Source: Candidatus Levyibacteriota bacterium (GTDB taxonomy: Bacteria > Patescibacteriota > Microgenomatia > Levybacterales > UBA12049). From it: a DNA stretch of 64,000 nt. A program made the position numbers and the translations under genes. Location of the stretch: contig DAIDHK010000006.1 in NCBI GenBank assembly GCA_027459725.1, positions 1,895 to 65,894 on the forward strand. Direction: 5' to 3'. This document shows positions 49,357 through 58,397 of this stretch, piece by piece. How positions within the stretch are numbered: the first letter of the stretch is position 1; each line of letters starts with the position of its first letter. The notes below the pieces were generated by a model that worked only from the letters and a program-made list of their open reading frames with translations, was not told the DNA's origin and searched no databases.

Positions 49357-50373
49357 ATGTGGCAAGAACAAAACTCATTTATACCTAATGTCAGTGAATC
49401 TATTAATCCACGAACAGCATTATGGACTATAAATACACATCATGATATATCAGAGGTAATTGATCAACTGAGTAGTGATCTTAATAAAGTCAGCATTGTC
49501 GGATTTGATCTGGATGGTACAGTTTTAGGAAATGGAATAATTTTCCCGGGTAGTGGTATGGCATCTCTAAATGAAAAAGGTAAAAAGGTAACCATAGTTA
49601 GTGGTGCTGGGCCAGTGAGTATTAGAAAAAAAATAGTTGGAGCAGGACAGATTTTACGAGGAGATAAGAGGTTGGTGGAAATACCTTTTGCTGCTAACGA
49701 AGGATCTCAAATCTTTCATGCAGGAGCTTTAGATGGAGATCTAAGTCCAAATCATTTATTATATGAACAAGAAATCTCTTCACATGGAACGAGAGAGTTA
49801 TCAAGTTTTGCTCATGAATATCAAGATTTTGTTGACTTTTATGGTTTTTATCCCTCAGGTAGAACATCAGACCCTTTTAATTACGTTCTTTATACGAGAA
49901 GGGATTTGATGAGAGAAAAACTCATAGAAAAATATCCTAAATCAGTGATTACGGAAGATTTATTATACTTTTTAACTTTGTTAGAAGAACAAGGAGCATC
50001 TAAATTTATTGCTAAGTCTCAAAACGAGGATACTTTTAGAAAAGTTGATGCTTTTCATCATTTGCGTGGTGTAAATAACGAAGGGTTTTATAATATAGTA
50101 GACCGTGATGTTAATAAACTTACTGGATTGATTAAATTAGCAGGCTTGCATCATATGAGGACCGTTGCAAGTGAAGAATTAGCATATTTTGGTAATGACT
50201 GGAATGATAGAGAAGCACTGGTGGGGGCTAAGGTGGGATTTATAGTCGATTCAAAATCTACAATTAGAGATAGAATGGTCCCAGATTTATTGGCTTCTAA
50301 AAAAGGTGGACATCTTGTTGTACTTAATCCATCTTTAGTAAACGATTGCTTAACAGGAATTGCTAAGATATAA
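49357..50373 (+). CDS. HAD-superfamily phosphatase, Cof/IIB-like with large cap
   Basis: IVGFDLDGTV (motif I DxDGT) and YFGNDWNDREAL (motif IV GDxxND). Confidence 0.6.
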   Translation: MWQEQNSFIPNVSESINPRTALWTINTHHDISEVIDQLSSDLNKVSIVGFDLDGTVLGNGIIFPGSGMASLNEKGKKVTIVSGAGPVSIRKKIVGAGQILRGDKRLVEIPFAANEGSQIFHAGALDGDLSPNHLLYEQEISSHGTRELSSFAHEYQDFVDFYGFYPSGRTSDPFNYVLYTRRDLMREKLIEKYPKSVITEDLLYFLTLLEEQGASKFIAKSQNEDTFRKVDAFHHLRGVNNEGFYNIVDRDVNKLTGLIKLAGLHHMRTVASEELAYFGNDWNDREALVGAKVGFIVDSKSTIRDRMVPDLLASKKGGHLVVLNPSLVNDCLTGIAKI

Positions 50374-50380
50374 CTTAAAT

Positions 50381-51094
50381 ATGGCAAAACTTGAACAAAC
50401 TCTTTGGATTATTGATATTGATGGAACGATCATTAATGTGCATAAAAATCAAGTTCCTGCCTGGACAGAAGCACTACAACAGGCTTTTTCTATAACGCCT
50501 GATGAGTCGACTCTGGTGAGTTATTTCGGTAAACCATTTCAATCAGTTCTTAAAAATGTGGCGATGTATTATTCTATTTCAGAAAAAGAAATATCTAAAA
50601 AAGCGAAGTTTGCAGAAGAAATTTATGTCTCCTCAGTAAACAAACATTTGAAAAAGACAGGAGGTAGTATCCTGCCTGGAGCTGAAAACTTTCTGAGGTT
50701 ATTAGGAGAAAATGGAGCAAAAAGAGCCATTGCTACAGGTAATCCCCGACGTGAAGGTGAGTCTAAGCTTATATATTTTGACTTACTCAAATATTTCGAT
50801 ATTACTGTTTTTAGTGACAATCGGAAAGAGAGAATTGAAATGGTTGAGGAAGCAATTAAACAGGCAGAAAAGAAATATCATTTAAAATTAAGATCGCATC
50901 CGAAAAGAGTTGTTATTATAGGAGATTCTATTCATGATATTGAAAGCGCTAAGCTTATCTCTGCTTCAAGTATAGCAGTTACAACTGGTCATACTTCAAA
51001 ATATAAATTACAAATTGCTGGTGCTGATATGGTTCTCTCTGGTTTGAGCGATTTTTCATCAATTAAACAAAAGGTTGCATCACTAATAATTTAA
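50381..51094 (+). CDS. HAD-superfamily hydrolase, subfamily IA
   Basis: IIDIDGTI (motif I), AIATGN (motif II), VIIGDSIHDIESA (motif IV). Confidence 0.7.
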   Translation: MAKLEQTLWIIDIDGTIINVHKNQVPAWTEALQQAFSITPDESTLVSYFGKPFQSVLKNVAMYYSISEKEISKKAKFAEEIYVSSVNKHLKKTGGSILPGAENFLRLLGENGAKRAIATGNPRREGESKLIYFDLLKYFDITVFSDNRKERIEMVEEAIKQAEKKYHLKLRSHPKRVVIIGDSIHDIESAKLISASSIAVTTGHTSKYKLQIAGADMVLSGLSDFSSIKQKVASLII

Positions 51095-51179
51095 ATTTAC
51101 ATTCATAATTAGAATGACCCTGACATGAATCTGACATGTCTTGTAAGTTTCTCGTAACTTTTATACAATTGATCATCGC

Positions 51180-52475
51180 ATGGTCATTGAAGCTACATAT
51201 CCTATTAATTTTCGCAAAGCTGATGCTGCAAGTTTGGGTGAACAAATCAAAAATAGACAATCAGTAGTTTTAATTGGTTTGAAAAGAGTAGGTATCAGTA
51301 ATTTTTTGCGATTTTTTCTCTACCATAAGGATATTCTCTCCACGTATTTAGGTGCAGAAGAAAATCATTTGTTTATTCCTGTTGACTTGCATGATTTAAT
51401 TGAAAGGGAGCTTTTCCCCTTTTGGGTACTTACTTTAAAACGTGTTTGCGATTCAGCCATGGAGTTGCCTCTGGACGATAAGGTCAAGAAACAAATTGAA
51501 TCACAATTCCTCAACAGTATACAAACCAGGAATACATTTATTGTTTTTGATTCTGTGCGCAGTGTGATTATGAAACTATGTGAGTTTGGTTACATGCCTA
51601 CTATTTTCTTCATTCGTTTTGATCGTATGGAGGATGTCATGAATCAAGAATTTTTCTCCAACATTCAAGGACTAAGAGATGCAACGCATCAGCGTTTGTC
51701 CTATGTTTTTACGAGTTTTAAAAGTCTGGATATTTTGTTTCCCGAAATATTTAATAAACAGGCTCTAAATGTGTTTGCTAAAAATATATATCTACAGCCA
51801 GCAGAGGCCAAAGATATTGAAATAATTTATGAGACATATAGTGCAAAATATACTAAGCGAGACTTAAACAAAATAAAGAAGGATTTACTTAATTTGACAG
51901 ATGGTTATGTTCAATTTCTTCAATTAGGGTTGATTGCTCTGCATGAAAAACAATATCCTAAACTTTTACCAGAGGAATTATATGATTTGTTGTTGAATGA
52001 CGAAAGATTTATGCTACAGTCGGAAGAGATTTGGGAAAGTCTGTTACATACCGAGCGTGAAATTCTTCACAAAGTTAGCAACAATGAAGAACTTACTAAT
52101 ATTGAAATGGAAGAAGCTAAATATTTATTTGAAACCGGTATAATAAGGAGGAACTCTAGCCAATTAGAAATTTTCAGCCCCTTATTTCAAGGCTACATCT
52201 CGAGTCTAAAAAATCATACAACTTTAAAGGATGATTCAATAGAATTTTCTAAGAAAGAAAACCAATTGTTAAATCTACTTCTACAATATAAAGAGAATAT
52301 TGTTGATAGAGATCAGATTATCGAATTGGTTTGGCCCGAAGTGGAGTCTTTTGGTGTGACAGACTGGGCGATAGATAGATTAGTCTCTCGATTACGGCGA
52401 AAATTAAGAATGCAAAGATCTAATTACAAGATCAGTACAATCCGCACCCGGGGATACAAACTGACTGTGGTATAG
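51180..52475 (+). CDS. Putative regulator: N-terminal P-loop-NTPase-like domain (degenerate Walker A) + helical region + C-terminal OmpR/PhoB-type winged-helix DNA-binding domain
   Basis: VVLIGLKRVGISNF (GxxxxG[I]S, the Walker A Lys is missing), FFIRFDRMEDV (Walker-B-like). The C-terminal ENQLLNLLLQYKENIVDRDQIIELVW...AIDRLVSRLRRKL...TIRTRGYKL fits the trans_reg_C consensus. Confidence 0.5.
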   Translation: MVIEATYPINFRKADAASLGEQIKNRQSVVLIGLKRVGISNFLRFFLYHKDILSTYLGAEENHLFIPVDLHDLIERELFPFWVLTLKRVCDSAMELPLDDKVKKQIESQFLNSIQTRNTFIVFDSVRSVIMKLCEFGYMPTIFFIRFDRMEDVMNQEFFSNIQGLRDATHQRLSYVFTSFKSLDILFPEIFNKQALNVFAKNIYLQPAEAKDIEIIYETYSAKYTKRDLNKIKKDLLNLTDGYVQFLQLGLIALHEKQYPKLLPEELYDLLLNDERFMLQSEEIWESLLHTEREILHKVSNNEELTNIEMEEAKYLFETGIIRRNSSQLEIFSPLFQGYISSLKNHTTLKDDSIEFSKKENQLLNLLLQYKENIVDRDQIIELVWPEVESFGVTDWAIDRLVSRLRRKLRMQRSNYKISTIRTRGYKLTVV

Positions 52476-52476
52476 T

Positions 52477-52920
52477 TTATCTGTTGATTGCCTTGTAAAC
52501 AGGAGAGAGCATTATGATAATTAGTTTTTCTATAAAAAAACTAAATAATACAAAACCAATAATCATTCCACTCACTGCGATTAGTTTATTTAAATTGGAG
52601 ATTTCATTGCCTTGCTCTCGGTGGTGGCGTAAATACACTCCATAAATGACTTGTACAAAGATTATCAATCCTAAAATACATAGATAGAACCAACTAAGCC
52701 AGTTCTTTTGGTTAGTTAAGGCTTTATCCAGAGCTGTGAGCTGGGGGACTACAAAAAAAACAAATACAAGAGTAAATAAAGTTTCAATACTAGATAGAAT
52801 AAAAATGGCTGAAGAATATTTCTCCATTTTTCCAACGGTAGTGCGGATTCTAAAAAAGGAAGTTCGTTTCAAAAGAGACGTTTTAGTAACATTATTAGAG
52901 GCATTTGTTGTATTCTCCAT
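52477..52920 (-). CDS. Small membrane protein
   Basis: 147 aa, 3-4 TM. No motifs. Confidence 0.35.
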   Translation of the reverse strand: MENTTNASNNVTKTSLLKRTSFFRIRTTVGKMEKYSSAIFILSSIETLFTLVFVFFVVPQLTALDKALTNQKNWLSWFYLCILGLIIFVQVIYGVYLRHHREQGNEISNLNKLIAVSGMIIGFVLFSFFIEKLIIIMLSPVYKAINR

Positions 52921-53110
52921 AATTTTATTACAAGAATATACTTTTATAGTTTAAGCGATAAATTAGAAATAGACAACTACATAAAGTTACTATTTTTAAG
53001 CAGAAAATAAAAATGTAAAAGAATAATTAAGGGACAAGAAAATTTAAACTATATTTTATCTTGTTATATCGAAGAAGTCATTAACTTTAAATTTTGAATG
53101 TTAGGTCAAG

Positions 53111-53194
53111 TGCCGGGAGAGGGACTCGAACCCACACAGCCATTATAGCCAGTAGTTTTTGAGACTACCGCGTATACCATTCCGCCATCCCGGC
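53111..53194 (-). tRNA. tRNA-Leu (anticodon CAA), class II with long variable arm; 3' CCA not encoded
   Basis: Reverse complement reads GCCGGGATGGCGGAATGGTATACGCGGTAGTCTCAAAAACTACTGGCTATAATGGCTGTGTGGGTTCGAGTCCCTCTCCCGGCA. The acceptor stem is 7 bp, the anticodon loop is CUCAAAA, and the T-arm is GGTTCGAGTCC. The following bases are CTT. Confidence 0.85.
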
Positions 53195-53250
53195 ATTTGG
53201 TATATATTATATCAGAAATTAGCTTTATTTTTTATAATCTTGGTGCTAGA

Positions 53251-54765
53251 ATGACATCTATGCAGTTTGAGATCTCCCAAAAAGCTCCACAAGACATAAA
53301 TTCCGATATTTTAGCAATTTATAGCTTTCAAGATGAAGAAAAAAAAGCTGAATTAGTCTGGAATGATACACTTTTACAAATTGACAAGTATTTAAATGGA
53401 CAGTTATTAAACAATTGTCTTAATGAAGGCTTTCAGGGTAAGTGGGGTAGTATATTTAGCATGTTTACCCTAGGTATGATTATCCCGAAAAAAATAGCCA
53501 TTATAGGATTGGGGAAGAAAAGTGAATTTGTCTTAGAAGATCTGAGACAGACGACTGGTCAGTTTATTAAGTCCATAAATAAAAAAAATAAGACAATAGC
53601 TATAATTTTGCCAAGTGGGACACTAGAAAATAGTAAAGAACTGCTTGATTCAGTAGTCCAAAGTGTAGAGTTGGCTAACTACGAATTTGACAAGTACCAT
53701 ACACAAAAAGATGAACAAATTAAATTATCGAATGTTCTATTTATTTTAGAAAAAGGTAAGGAAATATCTCCTTTGAACAAACAAATTAGTCATTCTCGTT
53801 TATATTCTCAAGCTGCAGTTTTAGCACGAAATTTGGTTAATGAGCAGCCAACCATTGCTACTCCGCATTATTTAGCAGAGTTGGCTAAGAGTATCGCTAA
53901 AGATAGTACTGAGATTAGCTGCAAAGTGTTTGATCGAGTTCAAGCAGAAAAGATGGGCATGCATGCTTTTTTGGGTATTGCAAGAGCCTCTACTATAGAA
54001 CCTAAATTTATTTTTTTAGAATATAAACCAAAGGTCAGTAAAAGTAAAAAGAAATTAGCGTTGGTAGGTAAAGGTATTACATTTGATAGTGGAGGTATAA
54101 ATGTCAAACCAGGCAATCACATGCAAGATATGAAAATGGATATGGCAGGGGCTGCTTGTGTATTGGGAGTATTTTCCGTTATCGCGGAGATAAAACCAGG
54201 TTTTTCGGTTATTGGATGCATCGCTGCTACACCTAACTTAATTTCTGGTAACTCAATTGTCCCAGGAGATGTTGTTAAAGCCTATAATGGCAAAACCATT
54301 GAGATTTTAAATACTGATGCAGAAGGTCGAGTAACAATGGCAGACAGTCTGTCTTATGCTGTAGAGCAAGGGGCGACTGAAATTATTGATTTTGCAACTT
54401 TGACTGGTGCAGCTGTTGTTGCTCTGGGTACGGATATAGCAGCTATGTTCTCAAATAATAAGGATTTAGCTCAAAAAGTGAAAACAGCAGCTTATGAGGC
54501 TGGAGAAAAAGTGTGGGAGCTGCCGCTTGAAAAAACATACAAAAAGTTGAATAAAAGTGAAGTGGCTGATGTCGCAAATATTCCTAGTGGTCACTATGCA
54601 GGGACAATTGCAGCAGCATTGTTCTTACAAGAATTTGTGGACGATAAACCTTGGGTACATTTTGACATTGCTGGGCCAGCCTTTGCTGATACTTCCTCGG
54701 GATTGCACCCAAAGGGTGGAACTGGATTTGGTGTGACTACTGTGTTAAAATTGTTAGAAGTATAA
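53251..54765 (+). CDS. pepA: Leucyl aminopeptidase (M17)
   Basis: VGKGITFDSGG, NTDAEGRVTMADSL and the other M17 metal-ligand motifs. Start taken at the ATG at 53251 (MTSMQFE...) rather than 53197, which abuts the tRNA. Confidence 0.85.
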   Translation: MTSMQFEISQKAPQDINSDILAIYSFQDEEKKAELVWNDTLLQIDKYLNGQLLNNCLNEGFQGKWGSIFSMFTLGMIIPKKIAIIGLGKKSEFVLEDLRQTTGQFIKSINKKNKTIAIILPSGTLENSKELLDSVVQSVELANYEFDKYHTQKDEQIKLSNVLFILEKGKEISPLNKQISHSRLYSQAAVLARNLVNEQPTIATPHYLAELAKSIAKDSTEISCKVFDRVQAEKMGMHAFLGIARASTIEPKFIFLEYKPKVSKSKKKLALVGKGITFDSGGINVKPGNHMQDMKMDMAGAACVLGVFSVIAEIKPGFSVIGCIAATPNLISGNSIVPGDVVKAYNGKTIEILNTDAEGRVTMADSLSYAVEQGATEIIDFATLTGAAVVALGTDIAAMFSNNKDLAQKVKTAAYEAGEKVWELPLEKTYKKLNKSEVADVANIPSGHYAGTIAAALFLQEFVDDKPWVHFDIAGPAFADTSSGLHPKGGTGFGVTTVLKLLEV

Positions 54766-54784
54766 GTCAGAAAGACAAAATTAT

Positions 54785-55339
54785 ATGATTGGAGTTACAG
54801 ATTTACGCGCCGGTACAACGTTTAAAGAAGATGGTAATTTATATCAGGTTGTCTCTTATGAGCATATCAAAATGGGACGCGGTTCTGCGAACATTAAAGT
54901 AAAAGTAAAGAATTTAAACAATGGTTCTACTATTGAAAAAAGTTATATTAATGGTGCAAAAGTTGATGATGTCACAGTAATAAAAAAAGATTTACAATTT
55001 TTGTACAAAGATGAAGATAGTGCATATTTCATGGACCCAAACACATATGAGCAAATACCGGTTAGTTTGAAAAGAATTGAAGGGAATGAGTATCTAAAAG
55101 AAGGAGAGAGTTTTACTGTGAGTTTTCTAGATGATGAGGCACTATCTGTTTTGTTCCCTCCAAAGATGGTGTTTAAAGTTATAGATACCGCTCCCGGTAT
55201 CAAAGGTAACTCAGCTACAAACGTTTTCAAAGACGCTGAATTGGAAAATGGTATTAAAACGAAAGTGCCTCTATTTATCAATATCGGAGAAGCAATCCGT
55301 ATTGATACCCGAACAGGAGCTTATACAGAAAAAGCATAA
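54785..55339 (+). CDS. efp: Elongation factor P
   Basis: Three-domain EF-P: KMGRGSANIKVKVKNL loop, KVPLFINIGEAIRIDTRTGAYTEKA C-terminus. 184 aa. Confidence 0.9.
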   Translation: MIGVTDLRAGTTFKEDGNLYQVVSYEHIKMGRGSANIKVKVKNLNNGSTIEKSYINGAKVDDVTVIKKDLQFLYKDEDSAYFMDPNTYEQIPVSLKRIEGNEYLKEGESFTVSFLDDEALSVLFPPKMVFKVIDTAPGIKGNSATNVFKDAELENGIKTKVPLFINIGEAIRIDTRTGAYTEKA

Positions 55340-55427
55340 CTTCTTGATAATTTATATTTCATTTTTGTTTGTTTATTCCTGCTGGTGAGATTGAAATGAT
55401 GTTATAATATAATGGCGTGAATTTAAG

Positions 55428-56696
55428 ATGAAAAATCATATCTTTTTAGCCTTCAAGGAGAGATCTTTTCTATTTTTGTGGATTGGAGAGGTTTTCACGC
55501 AGTTAGCAGGGAATCTTTTTACTATTTATCTTGTCTTAACTACTTTTCCTCTAACCAAATCTAACACTGCGGTTTCAGGTGTTGTTTTGACATTTACTCT
55601 TCCGGCAATAATTTTCGGTGTCTTAGCTGGTACACTAGTCGATCGGTGGAATAAAAAAAATGTCTTAGTAATTACAAATATTTTACGTGCTCTGGCTGTG
55701 TTAATATTGGCTTTTGTTAATACTAATTTAATAGTGATCTATTTAGTATCTTTAATTGTCTCTTTGTTAACACAATTCTTCATTCCGGCTGAAACGCCTA
55801 TAATTCCGCAAATTGTTAAATCAGAACACTTGTACTCGGCCAATGCTTTATTTGGGTTAGCCATCAATGGTTCAATGCTGTTAGCTTATGTTATCTCAGG
55901 AGCTGTATTGGTGACGTTTGGTCCACAAGGTTCTTTATTCTCTTTCGCACTGTTGTTATTGTTGGGTTCACTGAGTATATTTTTTGTAAAATATCAGGTA
56001 AGGGAGGGGAATACCCCAAAAGTAGTTGCTAATTTAAACTGGCGAAAAGAATTGCGCAAAGCTTTTTTACTTTTAGTTAAAACTAAAAAAGCTTACAGTG
56101 CCTTATTCTTACTGGCTTTGACACAAACACTGGTCTTAATTTTAGCCACAATTACACCGGGTTATGCAACGGATGTTCTACATGTAGATATTAGTAAATT
56201 TCCTATAATTTTTGTTACACCAGCTGCCATAGGTATGTTTTTGGGTGCTTTAGTTTTGATCAATAAATTCCATAATGTCTCAAAAGAAAAGATAATTGTG
56301 ACAGGATTATTTTTATCAGGTATTTGTATGGTATTATTACCATTTGGTTCTTTGATTACTTCAAAGGAGTTTGTCTTGAATGTCAATCGTATGCTGCCTC
56401 ACTTTTTGATTATTAGTGATTTGCATATTGTGGTAGTCCTAGCTTTTATACTTGGTTTGGCAAATTCACTAGTGTTTGTACCTGCAAACACTATGCTTCA
56501 GGAAAGTGCTACAGATGACACGAGAGGTAAATTATATGGATTACTTAATTCTATAGTAGGTATCTTTTCCTTACTGCCTATTATTGCTGTAGGAGGGTTG
56601 TCAGATTTGTTAGGAGTGAAGAACGTTGTGCTGGGAATTGGGGTTTGTTTGCTATTCATAGGTCTGTATGAGTACATTTTGCAAAAAAGAGGATAA
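55428..56696 (+). CDS. MFS transporter
   Basis: 422 aa, 12 TM, GTLVDRWNKKNVL-type motif A in loop 2-3. Confidence 0.75.
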   Translation: MKNHIFLAFKERSFLFLWIGEVFTQLAGNLFTIYLVLTTFPLTKSNTAVSGVVLTFTLPAIIFGVLAGTLVDRWNKKNVLVITNILRALAVLILAFVNTNLIVIYLVSLIVSLLTQFFIPAETPIIPQIVKSEHLYSANALFGLAINGSMLLAYVISGAVLVTFGPQGSLFSFALLLLLGSLSIFFVKYQVREGNTPKVVANLNWRKELRKAFLLLVKTKKAYSALFLLALTQTLVLILATITPGYATDVLHVDISKFPIIFVTPAAIGMFLGALVLINKFHNVSKEKIIVTGLFLSGICMVLLPFGSLITSKEFVLNVNRMLPHFLIISDLHIVVVLAFILGLANSLVFVPANTMLQESATDDTRGKLYGLLNSIVGIFSLLPIIAVGGLSDLLGVKNVVLGIGVCLLFIGLYEYILQKRG

Positions 56697-56705
56697 AATA
56701 ATATT

Positions 56706-57398
56706 ATGACATGGTTTTTGATTTGTTTAATATTTTGTTATACAGTTTTTTTATACGATGTTTATCGTTTAGGTAAAGGTGATTTCGTACTCGACAGAAA
56801 GGATGTCCCTTTAGAGAGATTATTCAACTTTACCTTTATAACTACTTTGATGGCAATTTTCTTTGGAAGGTTGTCATATGTAGTTTTCTATGGTAATACT
56901 AGTTATTTAAATCCGCTGAAGTTTTTAGTCATACCTTATTATCCAGGATTAATTTTACCAGGAGGAATTGTAGGCGCCTTTGCTTATTTATGGTTTATAC
57001 ATAAAGGGAAAAAAGTCCCTAGTGGAAGGCTGATAGATTTTTATGCTACAGCACTACTTATGATTATGCCACTGGTTATGTTAAGTGAATTATTTCTTTT
57101 GCCAAATCAAGAGTATTGGCTGCAGGTTATATTAGCTGCAGTTTATCTATTAGTATTCTTGCTTTTTAATTATATCTTACTACCAAAAGTTGGCAGGGGA
57201 GAAATAAAGGATGGAACAATAGGACAAATATTTTTAGCTATTTTGTGTGTTGTCTCTTTTCTGCAAGATAGCTTTTTAATCCATAAAGGAATTTTTTATT
57301 TCTTGCGCTTAGAAGATATTTTTTACCTTCTAGTAACTTTCTTTGTGCTATTTATAGTCGTAAAACGTGAATTTATACCGAACAGAAGATCACGTTGA
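56706..57398 (+). CDS. Polytopic membrane protein, function unknown
   Basis: 230 aa, about 6 TM. No motifs. Confidence 0.4.
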   Translation: MTWFLICLIFCYTVFLYDVYRLGKGDFVLDRKDVPLERLFNFTFITTLMAIFFGRLSYVVFYGNTSYLNPLKFLVIPYYPGLILPGGIVGAFAYLWFIHKGKKVPSGRLIDFYATALLMIMPLVMLSELFLLPNQEYWLQVILAAVYLLVFLLFNYILLPKVGRGEIKDGTIGQIFLAILCVVSFLQDSFLIHKGIFYFLRLEDIFYLLVTFFVLFIVVKREFIPNRRSR

Positions 57399-57404
57399 AT
57401 TAAT

Positions 57405-58178
57405 ATGCATCCCATTAAAATTATATTTGAAAATGAAGATTTGCTCGTTTTGGATAAACCAGCTGGGATAACGACTAATAGGTCAGAGACTACCAGGGAG
57501 CCTACAATTCAGGATTGGACTGAAGAAAAACTGCATATAAATAAGGATAAGATTTCTAGTGAAAAAATTGAAGATTATTCAAGCGATAAGTATTTTCAAC
57601 AAACTTTCTTACAACGTGGAGGTATCGTGCATCGTTTAGATAAGGAAACATCTGGTATATTATTAGTTTCCAAGAATTGGCAGTCTTTCAAGAATTTGCA
57701 GTCTCAATTTCATGATCGGGTAGTTTCCAAGACATACCTTGCTTTAGTGCATGGTATTTTAATTCCAAAAGCAGGAGAAATTTCAATTCCCGTAGATCGT
57801 TTGCCCTGGAATAGACATCGTTTTGGTGTTGTTCCTGGCGGCAGGCCCTCCGTTACAGTTTACCAAACACTAAATGTGTATAATTGGAAAAACAAAAAAA
57901 ATGAGCATCTATCTTTGGTTAAGTTATATCCTAAAACAGGAAGAACCCATCAAATCAGAGTACACTTAAAATATCTAAATCATCCGATTATCTCTGATAT
58001 GCTCTATGCTGGAAGAAAAACGAGCAGAGACGATCGTAGAGTCTTAGATAGAGTCTTTTTGCATGCAGCAGGTATTAAGTTCAAAGATCCAAGTAATGGT
58101 GAAGATGTTGAGTTCAAAAGTGAGTTGGCTTCTGAATTAAAAGAGTTTATGGACAAGCAGCTAGAACTTGAGAAGTAG
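57405..58178 (+). CDS. RluA-family pseudouridine synthase
   Basis: GIVHRLDKETSGILLV (catalytic Asp motif) and GRTHQIRVHL. No N-terminal S4 domain. Confidence 0.85.
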   Translation: MHPIKIIFENEDLLVLDKPAGITTNRSETTREPTIQDWTEEKLHINKDKISSEKIEDYSSDKYFQQTFLQRGGIVHRLDKETSGILLVSKNWQSFKNLQSQFHDRVVSKTYLALVHGILIPKAGEISIPVDRLPWNRHRFGVVPGGRPSVTVYQTLNVYNWKNKKNEHLSLVKLYPKTGRTHQIRVHLKYLNHPIISDMLYAGRKTSRDDRRVLDRVFLHAAGIKFKDPSNGEDVEFKSELASELKEFMDKQLELEK

Positions 58179-58259
58179 GAAGGTTTGGTTTTGTTGATTA
58201 AGTTGGTTATAATATAATGGTATTAGCTTTAAACTAATACAGTAAACGGAGGTGAGATT

Positions 58260-58397
58260 ATGGCTGGTAACAATGGATTTTTTAAAGGTGAAAAGAAAAA
58301 AAAGAAAAAAGAATCTCTTAATAAACAATCATACGGTAGTAATGCTCCGACTTTTGTTTTGCCCAGATTAATTGAAAAGAAAAGAAAACCCGAGTAA
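58260..58397 (+). CDS. Candidate 45-aa lysine-rich small protein
   Basis: ATG at 58260 preceded by AACGGAGGTGAGATT (strong SD). Translates to MAGNNGFFKGEKKKKKKESLNKQSYGSNAPTFVLPRLIEKKRKPE. Its stop overlaps the next ATG (TAATG). Below the ORF-track length cut-off. Confidence 0.3.
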   Translation: MAGNNGFFKGEKKKKKKESLNKQSYGSNAPTFVLPRLIEKKRKPE

